From: Deltaproteobacteria bacterium
GTDB taxonomy: Bacteria; Desulfobacterota; GWC2-55-46; UBA9637
Assembly: GCA_030690165.1 (NCBI GenBank)
Contig: JAUYHF010000014.1
Coordinates: forward strand, 34,257-98,256
DNA length: 64,000 nt
Direction: 5' to 3'
Below are positions 20,400 through 29,702 of this stretch, piece by piece. Within the stretch, counting starts at the first letter, position 1, and the number at the start of each line of letters is the position of its first letter. The position numbers and the translations under genes are program-made. Under the pieces are notes generated by a model. It searched no databases. It saw only the letters and a program-made list of their open reading frames with translations, and had not been told where the DNA came from.

Positions 20400-21532
20400 A
20401 AGGCATGCCTTTCACGGATTTTAGGTTGAGAATTGTATTAACAGGAGGAGGCACCGGCGGGCATCTGTTTCCTGCCCTTGCGCTGGCAGAAGAATTTAAG
20501 GCAAGGGATAAAGATTGCGAGATCCTATTTATAGGAAGCGCTGCGGGCATAGAAAAGGATGTTGTTCCAAAATATGGTTATGCTTTAGAATTTGTGGATG
20601 TAGAAGGCCTTAAAGGAAAAGGGATATATAATAAAGTATCGGCAGGCTTAAAGGCAGCAAAGGCAGTTTTTGCCGCAAAGAAGATTCTTAAGCCATTCAG
20701 ACCGGATGGTGTCATAGGTACGGGTGGTTATTCTTCTGGTCCGGTTGTTTTGGCAGCAAGGCTTTTGGGGATAAAGACAGCTATCCTTGAACAGAATACG
20801 ATGCCAGGTTTAACCAATAGGCTTCTGGGAAGGTTTGTAGACAGGATATATGTGGCATTTGAACAAACCAAAAAAAAAATTCCAGGCGGGAGGGTAATCC
20901 TGGCAGGAAATCCGGTGAGAAAGGAGATTCTGGAAATTGCAAATTGCAAACATGTCCCTGCAAGTATTAAGCAGGGATTGCAAATTGCAAATTGCAAATT
21001 CACAATTCTCATCTTCGGCGGAAGCCAGGGGGCAAAGGCAATAAATACGGCATTTTTAGATGCGCTGGAATATCTCGCTGATATAAGAGACAGCATCAGG
21101 ATTATTCATCAGACAGGGGATGCGGATTACATAACAGTAAAAGAGACTTACGAAAGAAAAGGGATTAAGGCCGATGTCTATAGGTTTATAGATGATATGG
21201 CTCATGCATACTCTCAGGCAGACATGGTGATATGCAGGGCAGGGGCTACATCCATTGCCGAGATAACCGCTCTGGGGATTGCCTCTATACTCATACCATA
21301 TCCATTTGCAGCTAATAACCATCAGGAAATAAATGCAAGATGTTTAGCTGATAAAGGGGCTGCAATCATGATGAGGCAAGGCGAGATTATAGGAGATGCG
21401 ATGGCGGTTCTTATTGAGAGATTTTATAAAAACCCTGATGAATTAAAAAAGATAAGAGAAAATGCAAAAGCTCTGGGAAGGCCGAATGCGGCAAAGGAGA
21501 TAGTGGACAACATTCTACAAATGTTGAATTGA
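20396..21532 (+). CDS. murG: UDP-N-acetylglucosamine--N-acetylmuramyl-(pentapeptide) pyrophosphoryl-undecaprenol GlcNAc transferase MurG
   Basis: N-terminal GGGTGGHLFPALA glycine loop and a GT-B C-terminal domain. Contains a 66-bp in-frame composite repeat insertion. Confidence 0.85.
   Translation: MKGMPFTDFRLRIVLTGGGTGGHLFPALALAEEFKARDKDCEILFIGSAAGIEKDVVPKYGYALEFVDVEGLKGKGIYNKVSAGLKAAKAVFAAKKILKPFRPDGVIGTGGYSSGPVVLAARLLGIKTAILEQNTMPGLTNRLLGRFVDRIYVAFEQTKKKIPGGRVILAGNPVRKEILEIANCKHVPASIKQGLQIANCKFTILIFGGSQGAKAINTAFLDALEYLADIRDSIRIIHQTGDADYITVKETYERKGIKADVYRFIDDMAHAYSQADMVICRAGATSIAEITALGIASILIPYPFAANNHQEINARCLADKGAAIMMRQGEIIGDAMAVLIERFYKNPDELKKIRENAKALGRPNAAKEIVDNILQMLN
20935..21000. repeat. 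Composite in-frame insertion in murG: TTGCAAA units flanking a 25-nt hairpin (gtccctgcaagtattaagcagggat)
   Basis: 66 bp, equal to 22 codons (IANCKHVPASIKQGLQIANCKF). The same 25-mer hairpin recurs in non-coding DNA at 28493-28519. Confidence 0.7.
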
Positions 21533-21620
21533 AGATTGAAGATTGAAAATTTTAAAATGACTGTTTTTCAATTTACAATTTCAAATTTGCAATTTTCAAT
21601 CTGCATTGGAGCGAAGCGAT
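21524..21620. repeat. Copy 2 of the ~95-bp TTGCAAA-based palindromic element, docked at the murC start codon
   Basis: ttgaattgaagattgaagattgaaaatt...caatttacaatttcaaatttgcaattttcaatctgcattggagcgaagcgat followed directly by the murC ATG. Confidence 0.7.
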
Positions 21621-23042
21621 ATGTATAAGGGTCGTATAAAACATATCCATTTTATAGGTATCGGCGGCAGCGGTATGAGCGGCATCGCAGAGGTGCTTTT
21701 AAACCTCGGGTATAATATTACAGGCTCTGACATGAAAGCATCGGATATTACGCGGAGATTGGAAGGCCTTGGAGCTAAAATATTTATCGGCCACAGGCCT
21801 GAATTTATAAATGGCTCAGATGTGGTTGTCTATTCGTCCGCTGTTAAAAAAGATAATCCTGAGATTGTATCGGCAAGGGGAAAACTGATACCTGTTATCC
21901 CGAGGGCAGAGATGCTGGCAGAGCTTATGAGGATGAAATACGGCATAGCAATAGCAGGCACTCACGGAAAGACAACAACTACTTCCATGATTGCGACAAT
22001 CCTCGGCTCACACGGTATGGATCCAACCGTTGTTATAGGCGGCAAGCTCAACAGTATTGGAAGCAATGCCAGACTTGGGAAAGGTGAATTCCTTGTAGCA
22101 GAGGCGGATGAGAGCGACGGCAGTTTTTTAAAGCTTTCACCGACAATTGCAGTGGTTACAAATATTGACAGAGAGCATATGGACCATTACAGGGATATGG
22201 ATGAGGTAAGAGGCGCCTACCTTGCCTTTATAAATAAGATTCCATTTTATGGGTGCGCGGTTCTCTGCATGGATCACCCTAATATCCAGGGGCTTATCCC
22301 AAAGGTTACGAGAAGACATACAACATATGGTTTAACTGCCCAGGCGGATTTCAGCGCCAGAGACATGGAGATAAAAGGAGTTAAAACCTCATTTGATGTC
22401 TGGCAGAGGGGCAGAAAATTGGGAAGGGTTAGTGTGAAGATTCCAGGAGAACACAATGTTTATAATTCATTGGCTGCCCTAACAGTGGCAATGGAGCTTG
22501 ACATGAGTTTTGAAGAGGCAAGAGATTCCCTTTCAAATTTCAGTGGTGTGGAGAGGAGATTTCAGATTAAAGGCGAATATAACGGCATTACATTCGTTGA
22601 TGACTACGGCCATCATCCTGTTGAAATAAAGGCAACACTTAAGGCTGCAAAGGCCGGCTGGGACAACAGGGTGGTGGCAGTCTTTCAGCCTCATCGTTAT
22701 TCAAGGACAAAAGACCTTTTCCAGGAATTTTTATCCGCATTCAATGATGCGGACACCCTGGTGCTCACTGACATATATCCGGCAGGCGAGGGAAAAATAG
22801 AGGGGATTTCTTCAGAGGCGCTTTATAACAGCATAAAGGCATACGGCCATAGAGATGTAGTTTATATACCGGATAAAAAAGATATACCGGATTATTTAAA
22901 TAAAATTACAAAGCCGGGGGATATAGTTATAACGTTAGGGGCAGGCAATATATGGCAGGTATCTGAGGAGATGGTAAAGACAGTAGGCAGTAAGCAGTCA
23001 GCAGTAAGCAGCGCAAACTCAAAAGCAGGAGGTGGAATGTAA
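21621..23042 (+). CDS. murC: UDP-N-acetylmuramate--L-alanine ligase MurC
   Basis: [11 protein letters not shown] and [11 protein letters not shown] motifs. Start taken at MYKG; the alternative MERSD-M start lies inside the repeat element. Repeat-derived C-terminal tail. Confidence 0.85.
   Translation: MYKGRIKHIHFIGIGGSGMSGIAEVLLNLGYNITGSDMKASDITRRLEGLGAKIFIGHRPEFINGSDVVVYSSAVKKDNPEIVSARGKLIPVIPRAEMLAELMRMKYGIAIAGTHGKTTTTSMIATILGSHGMDPTVVIGGKLNSIGSNARLGKGEFLVAEADESDGSFLKLSPTIAVVTNIDREHMDHYRDMDEVRGAYLAFINKIPFYGCAVLCMDHPNIQGLIPKVTRRHTTYGLTAQADFSARDMEIKGVKTSFDVWQRGRKLGRVSVKIPGEHNVYNSLAALTVAMELDMSFEEARDSLSNFSGVERRFQIKGEYNGITFVDDYGHHPVEIKATLKAAKAGWDNRVVAVFQPHRYSRTKDLFQEFLSAFNDADTLVLTDIYPAGEGKIEGISSEALYNSIKAYGHRDVVYIPDKKDIPDYLNKITKPGDIVITLGAGNIWQVSEEMVKTVGSKQSAVSSANSKAGGGM
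22981..23012. repeat. GCAGTAA-type heptamer tract forming the murC C-terminal tail
   Basis: cagtaggcagtaagcagtcagcagtaagcagc encodes ...[13 protein letters not shown]. Confidence 0.5.
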
Positions 23043-23971
23043 TGACATTTCCTATTTCTCATTCTGCGCCCCGTACTCCGCGTCCAGCGCTCTCCGGCTT
23101 CAAGGGCCGCATGCTCTTTGATGTTCCCATGAAGGATTATACATCTTTTAAGATAGGCGGGAATGCGGATGTAATGGCATTTCCAGGAGATGAGAGCGAC
23201 CTTGTGGATGTCATCCGATTTGCCTCTATTAAAGGTTTTCCTGTCTTTGTCCTTGGCAGGGGAACAAATCTATTAGTCAGGGATAACGGTGTAAGGGGCG
23301 TTGTTATAAATCTTTCTGATGGTTTTAAAGAGGTATTATGGATAGGTGACGATGAGGCATCAGTTGGCGCGGGGGTGGGGATAATTGAGTTGGTTAACCT
23401 CTGCAAGGGCAGAGGTTTTGCAGGGCTTGAGTTTGCAGTCGGTATCCCGGGGACAATAGGCGGAGCTGTTTTTATGAACGCAGGGGCATACGGCGGAGAG
23501 ATAAAGGATATTGTGAAAAGAGTGGAGACTGTTGACCTTAACGGTCAAAGGCATAGTTTTGATAAATTATCTTTGAAATTTTCCTATCGGAAATGCGAAC
23601 TGTCTGCAAATATGATTATTACAAAGGCGCATCTGAAATTTAAAAAGGACAACCCGGAAGAAATAAAAAACAGAATAAAGGAATTTAAGGAAAGACGCAA
23701 GACTACGCAGGCGATAATCCTACCCAATGCCGGCTCCATATTTAAAAATCCTCCAGGGCTTTCAGCAGGCAGGCTTATAGAGGAATCAGGCTTAAAGGGC
23801 GTTAAATCCGGAGGCGCGCAGATCTCAGAGGTTCATGGAAACTATATAGTCAATCTTGGCAATGCTACAGCAATGGATGTCCTTACCCTTATGGCAATGG
23901 CAAGGGATAAGGTTTTTAAGGTAAAGGGCATATTGCTGGAAACGGAGATAAAGGTTGTGGGGGAAGATTGA
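23042..23971 (+). CDS. murB: UDP-N-acetylenolpyruvoylglucosamine reductase MurB
   Basis: FAD-binding domain (GGNADVMAFP...LGRGTNLLV) and MurB C-terminal domain. Confidence 0.8.
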   Translation: MTFPISHSAPRTPRPALSGFKGRMLFDVPMKDYTSFKIGGNADVMAFPGDESDLVDVIRFASIKGFPVFVLGRGTNLLVRDNGVRGVVINLSDGFKEVLWIGDDEASVGAGVGIIELVNLCKGRGFAGLEFAVGIPGTIGGAVFMNAGAYGGEIKDIVKRVETVDLNGQRHSFDKLSLKFSYRKCELSANMIITKAHLKFKKDNPEEIKNRIKEFKERRKTTQAIILPNAGSIFKNPPGLSAGRLIEESGLKGVKSGGAQISEVHGNYIVNLGNATAMDVLTLMAMARDKVFKVKGILLETEIKVVGED

Positions 23972-24942
23972 TAAAATTGCAAATTGCAAATTTCAAATCA
24001 AAGAAAATAGGTGTTTTGATGGGTGGGATGTCTACTGAAAGGGGTATTTCGCTTAGGAGTGGTCAGGCTGTTTATGATGCCCTGATTCAAAAAGGTTACA
24101 ACGTTATAAAAATAGATGTTGGAAAGGATGTTTATGAACAGCTCACCAAAGAAAAGATAGATATGGCATTTATAGCCCTTCATGGAAAATACGGCGAGGA
24201 CGGGGCTATTCAGGGCTTATTAGAGATAATCGGGGTTCCATATACCGGGTCAGGTATCATGTCAAGCGCAGTATGCGCAAATAAGGTAGTGGCAAAAAAA
24301 TTTTTTATGCTTAACAAAATACCAACCCCTGCATTTATGAGTTTAGGAGTTAAGGGGTTAAAAAACATGGGTGTTGAATCTTTCATATCCATGTTTAAAG
24401 CCCCTGGCTCCCACCTTATTGTAAAGCCTAATTCGCAGGGCTCTACCATTGGTGTAACCGTGGTAAAGAATAAAAGCGATTTGGCAAAGGCAGTAAAAAA
24501 GGCTTTGCGCTACGATGATACTGTGTTGATAGAGAGATTTGTAAAGGGCAGGGAACTGACTGTCGGCATATTAAACGGCAGAACATTGCCGGTTATAGAG
24601 ATAAGACCGAAGGGCGGGATATACGATTTCAAGGCAAAGTACACAAAGGGTATGACAGAATATATTGCCCCTGCCCCGCTTCCAAAGACGCTTGAGAAAA
24701 AGGTGAATAGTATCGCCTTGAAGGCATTCGATAGCCTTGGATGCCGCGGCGCTGCAAGGGTTGATATAATGCTTGATTATAAAAACAGGCCGTATGTGCT
24801 GGAGGTGAATACCATACCCGGTATGACCGAAATGAGCCTCCTTCCAAAGGCCGCTCTTTGCGCAGGCATAAGTTTTCCGGAGATGGTGGAAGAGATTTTG
24901 ATGGGGGGTATAAAACATTTTCGGGGCAAAGGAATGGCATGA
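23968..24942 (+). CDS. ddl: D-alanine--D-alanine ligase
   Basis: ...IGVLMGGMSTERGISLRSG and ATP-grasp motifs (EVNTIPGMT). The N-terminus overlaps a TTGCAAA repeat (IKLQIANFK), so the true start may lie slightly downstream. Confidence 0.8.
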   Translation: MIKLQIANFKSKKIGVLMGGMSTERGISLRSGQAVYDALIQKGYNVIKIDVGKDVYEQLTKEKIDMAFIALHGKYGEDGAIQGLLEIIGVPYTGSGIMSSAVCANKVVAKKFFMLNKIPTPAFMSLGVKGLKNMGVESFISMFKAPGSHLIVKPNSQGSTIGVTVVKNKSDLAKAVKKALRYDDTVLIERFVKGRELTVGILNGRTLPVIEIRPKGGIYDFKAKYTKGMTEYIAPAPLPKTLEKKVNSIALKAFDSLGCRGAARVDIMLDYKNRPYVLEVNTIPGMTEMSLLPKAALCAGISFPEMVEEILMGGIKHFRGKGMA

Positions 24943-25754
24943 TGGATTTTAAGAAAAAACCAAGAAACATCCGAAGAAAAGAACCTTTGCCAAGAAGGAT
25001 ATTGCGGACGCTTAAATCAAGAGGCGCTGTCCGTATTTTCAAGGCAGGGGTATGCCTTGTTTTTGCGCTGCTTATTGTTTTTGGCTCATTGCATATATAT
25101 CATGAACTTTTGAAGAGTCCGTATCTTGCGATTAAGGAAATAAAGGTCGGCGGCAACATGAGGGTATCCAGAGCGGAGATTTTAGAGCTGGCCGGCGTCA
25201 ATATTGGTGATAATCTTCTTGAAATAAATGCGGCTGATATTAAAAAAGGCATCAGGGTTAATCCATGGGTGTCCGAGGTAAATGTTGCAAGAAATTTTCC
25301 GGATAGGCTTAACATAGAGATAAAAGAAGGAAGGCCTGTTGCGTTTATCAATCTCGACGGCCTTTATCTTGTTGATGAAAACGGGAGAATATTCAAAAAG
25401 ACCTCTATGGGAGATGATATTGACCTCCCTATCATCACAGGTCTTACAAGGGAGGATATTGAGGCCGGTGGGAAGACATCTGAACTTGCGATAAAGGCGA
25501 TAAATCTCATACATCTTCTGGCAAAAAATGGAATTTTTACCCATGATGAACTATCAGAAATAAATATTGACAAGACATACGGCCTTACACTCTACACAAT
25601 GCAGCAAGGGACAAGGATTGAGATTGGCGAAGAGGATTTTACAGAGAAACTTGCAAGGCTTGAGAGGATAATACAGTCAAGAAACGGCCTTGCAGACGTA
25701 GAGTTTATAGGTTTGAACTATAACAGGGGGGTAGTGGTAAGATTAACCTCTTAA
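24939..25754 (+). CDS. ftsQ: Cell division protein FtsQ/DivIB
   Basis: N-terminal TM helix and POTRA domain. Position between ddl and ftsA. Start at MMDFKK, overlapping the ddl stop. Confidence 0.7.
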   Translation: MMDFKKKPRNIRRKEPLPRRILRTLKSRGAVRIFKAGVCLVFALLIVFGSLHIYHELLKSPYLAIKEIKVGGNMRVSRAEILELAGVNIGDNLLEINAADIKKGIRVNPWVSEVNVARNFPDRLNIEIKEGRPVAFINLDGLYLVDENGRIFKKTSMGDDIDLPIITGLTREDIEAGGKTSELAIKAINLIHLLAKNGIFTHDELSEINIDKTYGLTLYTMQQGTRIEIGEEDFTEKLARLERIIQSRNGLADVEFIGLNYNRGVVVRLTS

Positions 25755-25897
25755 AAGTTACAAGATTCAAGTAGGGGAGAGACCCTTGTGGTCTCCAGTG
25801 GCACAGGCCAGCCTGTTATGACAGGCAAGATGCCTGTCCCACGACAGGAGGGGACAAGCCCTTCCCCTACAGGAAACAGAGGGGGTGATAAAAGAGA

Positions 25898-27124
25898 ATG
25901 GCAAAGAAGGATAATATAATCGTTGGTCTTGATATTGGAACAACAAAGATATGCGCCATTGTTGGAGAGGTAAAACAGGAGGGGCTGGAGATTATAGGCA
26001 TAGGCACACACCCTTCAAAGGGCTTGCGAAAAGGCGTGGTGGTAAATATAGATTCCACAGTCCAGTCTATAAGAAAGGCCGTGGAAGAGGCTGAGCTTAT
26101 GGCGGGATGCGAGATAAATACGGCTTATGTCGGTATTGCGGGCGGACACATAAAGGGATTTAACAGCCACGGCGTTATAGCTGTAAAGGATAAGGAGATA
26201 ACAAAGGCTGACATAGCAAGGGTTATAGAGGCTGCTCAGGCCGTAACCATTCCAACAGACAGGGAGGTTATACATATAATACCTCAGGAGTATATCCTTG
26301 ACCAGCAGGACTGCATACAGGAACCGCTTGGCATGACAGGAACAAGGCTTGAGGCAAAGGTTCACATAGTTACTGCTGCGGTTGCATCAGCGCAGAATAT
26401 CGTAAAGAGCGTGAATAAGGCCGGTCTTGCCGTAGCGGATATTGTCCTTCAGCAGATAGCAAGCAGCGAGGCGGTGTTAGGCCATGATGAAAAAGACCTT
26501 GGCGTTGCGCTGATTGATGTTGGAGGCGGAACCACAGATATAGCCATATACCATAACGGAACCATAAAACATACTGCGGTTATATCGCTTGGAGGGAATC
26601 AGATTACAGGGGATATCGCTGTAGGCATCAGAACGCCTGCCGAGGAGGCGGAAAAGATAAAGAAAAAGTTCGGCTGCTGCATGATATCAATGATAGATAA
26701 GGATGAAACCGTAGAGGTGCCCGGCGTTGGGGGCAGGAAACCAAGGATTGTTTCAAGGCAGATTTTAGGAGAAATTATTGAGCCAAGGGTAGAAGAGCTT
26801 TTCCAGCTTGCAAATCAGGAGATAGTCAAATCAGGTTATGAAAGTGTAATAGTGTCAGGAATTGTGCTTACAGGCGGAACAGCTATTATGGATGGCATGG
26901 TTGAGCTGGCAGAGCAGATTTTTAATCTTCCTGTCAGAAGAGGCATGCCAACAGGCATCGGCGGACTTGTTGATGTTGTGAGGAGCCCAATGTATTCCAC
27001 AGGCGTGGGGCTGGTTTTGTATGGCAAAAAACATTCGACAATAGCAGTGTTTGAAAGGGGGGATAAACAGGTATTCAACAAACTGCTTGAAAGGATGAAG
27101 GGATGGTTCAAAGAGTTCTTCTAA
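25898..27124 (+). CDS. ftsA: Cell division protein FtsA
   Basis: Actin-like ATPase motifs (IVGLDIGTTKICAIVGE, DVGGGTTDIAI). Confidence 0.9.
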   Translation: MAKKDNIIVGLDIGTTKICAIVGEVKQEGLEIIGIGTHPSKGLRKGVVVNIDSTVQSIRKAVEEAELMAGCEINTAYVGIAGGHIKGFNSHGVIAVKDKEITKADIARVIEAAQAVTIPTDREVIHIIPQEYILDQQDCIQEPLGMTGTRLEAKVHIVTAAVASAQNIVKSVNKAGLAVADIVLQQIASSEAVLGHDEKDLGVALIDVGGGTTDIAIYHNGTIKHTAVISLGGNQITGDIAVGIRTPAEEAEKIKKKFGCCMISMIDKDETVEVPGVGGRKPRIVSRQILGEIIEPRVEELFQLANQEIVKSGYESVIVSGIVLTGGTAIMDGMVELAEQIFNLPVRRGMPTGIGGLVDVVRSPMYSTGVGLVLYGKKHSTIAVFERGDKQVFNKLLERMKGWFKEFF

Positions 27125-27205
27125 TTACGAATTGCGATTTCGGATTGCGGATTCTAAATCCCAAATCCGAATTCTGCAATCCGCAATCTAAAAAAGGAGG
27201 TATAT
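27125..27205. repeat. Palindromic intercistronic element between ftsA and ftsZ (GGATTGC/AATCCGC units)
   Basis: gaattgcgatttcggattgcggattctaaatcccaaatccgaattctgcaatccgcaatc. Followed by the RBS AAGGAGG and the ftsZ ATG. Confidence 0.6.
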
Positions 27206-28372
27206 ATGATTGAATTAGCCGATAGTTTTAACAAAGGGGCAAAGATTAAGGTCATAGGAGTCGGAGGATGCGGCGGCAATGCCATCAATACAATGATAGA
27301 ATGTCAGCTTGAGGGGGTGGAATTTCTGACTGCCAATACAGACGCCCAGGCCCTCGGCCTATCAAAGGCGCCTGTAAAGATTCAATTAGGTGAAAATCTG
27401 ACAAAAGGCCTTGGCGCAGGGGCAAACCCTGAGATAGGCAGAAACTCAGCCATAGAAAGCAGAGACAGGCTCATGGAGGCATTAGCTGGGGCTGATATGG
27501 TCTTTATCACGGCAGGCATGGGCGGCGGCACAGGCACAGGCGGCGCGCCCATTGTGGCAGAAGTGGCTAAAGAGGTTGGCGCCCTCGTAGTTGCAGTTGT
27601 AACAAAACCATTTACCTTTGAGGGAAAGAAGAAGATGAGACAGTCAGATGAAGGGCTAAAGGCGCTCAAGGGGGCGGTAGACACTGTTATAACCATTCCG
27701 AATCAGAGGCTCTTGTCCATCGCAGAGAAGACCACTCCCCTTCCCAATGCGTTTAAAAAGGCGGACGAGATATTGTATCAGGCTGTAAAGGGAATATCGG
27801 ATGTTATAACAATCCACGGGCTTGTAAATGTGGACTTTGCCGACGTCAGAACCATAATGAGTGAGATGGGGCTTGCGCTTATGGGTTCAGGCGTTGCCCG
27901 CGGGGATAACAGAGCGGTGGAGGCTGCAAGAAAGGCCATATCCAGCCCGCTTTTGGAGGATATCTCCATTAATGGGGCAAAGGGCGTGCTTATAAACATC
28001 ACCGGCTCATCTGACATAACCCTGCATGAGGTAAATGAGGCCTCAATGCTTATTCAGGAAGAGGCGCACGAGGATGCCCATATTATCTTCGGCGCAGTAA
28101 TTGATGAAAAGATGGGTGAAGAGGTCAGGGTTACTGTCATTGCCACAGGTTTTGGGAAAGAAGAGGGCAAAAGGGTATCGCCTATAAAATACATCGCGCC
28201 GGCTGTTATTGTCGGCGACATGGATATCCCAACTATTATCAGAAGAGAGAAACAAAAAAAATTAGAGGTGGGAACAGCGGAGGTTCAAAGGCTCAGGCCC
28301 CTTGGCGGTTTCAATGTCATTGACGAGGACGCCTACGATACACCGACATTTTTGAGAAAGCAGGCGGATTAA
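27206..28372 (+). CDS. ftsZ: Cell division GTPase FtsZ
   Basis: Tubulin signature GGGTGTG ([19 protein letters not shown]), T7 loop NVDFADV, and the conserved C-terminal peptide [11 protein letters not shown]. Confidence 0.95.
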   Translation: MIELADSFNKGAKIKVIGVGGCGGNAINTMIECQLEGVEFLTANTDAQALGLSKAPVKIQLGENLTKGLGAGANPEIGRNSAIESRDRLMEALAGADMVFITAGMGGGTGTGGAPIVAEVAKEVGALVVAVVTKPFTFEGKKKMRQSDEGLKALKGAVDTVITIPNQRLLSIAEKTTPLPNAFKKADEILYQAVKGISDVITIHGLVNVDFADVRTIMSEMGLALMGSGVARGDNRAVEAARKAISSPLLEDISINGAKGVLINITGSSDITLHEVNEASMLIQEEAHEDAHIIFGAVIDEKMGEEVRVTVIATGFGKEEGKRVSPIKYIAPAVIVGDMDIPTIIRREKQKKLEVGTAEVQRLRPLGGFNVIDEDAYDTPTFLRKQAD

Positions 28373-28492
28373 GCAGCTCACGCTGCACTCAACATATTGT
28401 AGTTGCCCAATTCATTGGGCGCATTTTGTAACTCAAGGCTTTAGCCTTGAAAACTCAAACCTGAAGGTTTGAGTTACAAACGCCGATAAACT

Positions 28493-28519
28493 TGTCCCTG
28501 CAAGTATTAAGCAGGGATC
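28493..28519. repeat. Second copy of the 25-nt hairpin gtccctgcaagtattaagcagggat (non-coding copy)
   Basis: Identical to the segment embedded in murG at 20950-20975. Stem tccctgc/gcaggga, loop aagtattaa. Confidence 0.7.
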
Positions 28520-28771
28520 GGCAAGCTACAATGGCCTTGCATCTGAGCAATTTTTGAGCGTAAACTGGATTAAGGCAATTTGAATCTGATATTACAGTTG
28601 CGCCACACCCTCACCCAAACCCTTCATGGGACTATTTTGTGTAGTTTTGTCTGCCTTGGTAATCCTATCCGCCAAATTGCCATTTCATAAAACCCTTGAT
28701 TCTCAAAGTATTTTAGCATATGCTTAATTTAATATTGGGACAATAATGTTGATGTAAATATAAAATAAGGA

Positions 28772-29002
28772 GTGTGTGCTATGGGAACAATCAATGATGA
28801 ATTTGCGGCAAAGATTAAATCTTTGCCGGACAGTGAAAAGATAGAACTGGTAGATTCTATTTTGATGCAGCTTGACAAACCTGACCCTGAGATTGACCGC
28901 ATTTGGGCAGATGAGGCGCGAAAACGTTGGCAGGCATACAAGTCGGGGAAAATAGAAACAGTAAGCTATGAGCAGGTAATGGATAAATATCGCACCAGAT
29001 GA
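28772..29002 (+). CDS. Putative addiction-module antitoxin (small helical protein)
   Basis: 76 aa with a 4-nt overlap onto a downstream RelE/ParE-like toxin. Composition typical of the 'putative addiction module component' family. Confidence 0.5.
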   Translation: MCAMGTINDEFAAKIKSLPDSEKIELVDSILMQLDKPDPEIDRIWADEARKRWQAYKSGKIETVSYEQVMDKYRTR

Positions 29003-29310
29003 AAGTCCGTTTTTTAAAACCCGCGCAATCTGAGGTTGATGATGCTGTTGCATGGTATAATTTCCAATCGCGCGGTTTGGGAATGCAATTTTTAGATGAT
29101 ATTGACCGTGCAATCAGAAGAATAGCGTCATACCCTCTCTCAAATGTGGAAATAGAACAAGGGCTTCGCCGCTGTCTGCTTTCACGATTTTCCTATGGAA
29201 TCATTTACGGCATTGACTCAGAAACAATTATTGTTGTTGCGGTAGCGCATTTGCATAGGGAACCGCGATATTGGATTGACAGGATAGTTGGTCAAAAACA
29301 AGAAGAGTGA
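28999..29310 (+). CDS. Type II toxin, RelE/ParE superfamily
   Basis: 103 aa with C-terminal conserved R/H residues (AVAHLHREPRYW). Operonic with the upstream small ORF. Confidence 0.55.
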   Translation: MKVRFLKPAQSEVDDAVAWYNFQSRGLGMQFLDDIDRAIRRIASYPLSNVEIEQGLRRCLLSRFSYGIIYGIDSETIIVVAVAHLHREPRYWIDRIVGQKQEE

Positions 29311-29620
29311 ATTACCCGCCAGCAAAATGATGCCTTATTATACTCAGGGCAATACAGATATTCTGAAACTGCATAAAACCGACTTCCTCTGTTTTCGCAA
29401 ATGCCCTGCTGATATAGTTCTCAAATCCTATGACCGGGCGATTGAGGATTATAACAAGATAATCCAGTTAGACCCAAATGCTACTCAAGCCTACTACCAT
29501 CGTGGCTTGCTTATGAGAGATTAGGGAATAAGAGCATGGCAATTTCTGATTTCAAAAAGGCATGTGATTTGGGGCTTGAAGTTGGGTGCGAGAATTTGCA
29601 GAGGGTTTTAAGGCAGAAGT
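29288..29620 (+). pseudogene. Disrupted TPR-repeat protein gene (stop/frameshift between two TPR-like segments)
   Basis: ...AIEDYNKIIQLDPNATQAYYHRGLLMRD* is followed in another frame by ...AISDFKKACDLGLEVGCENLQRVL. These are two halves of a typical short TPR protein. Confidence 0.4.
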
Positions 29621-29702
29621 AATGAGAAAATAAACATTAGATGAGTCGTTGTGCGTCTATATTGGTTGTAATGGTTTTCTTAATTAAATAAAGAGCTATC
29701 TT

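Noticed and set aside
14535-21000. CRISPR array hypothesis for the TTGCAAA repeat clusters
   Set aside because: The units are 7 nt, tandem, without unique spacers, and lie inside ORFs. There is no CRISPR repeat-spacer architecture and no cas genes in the window.
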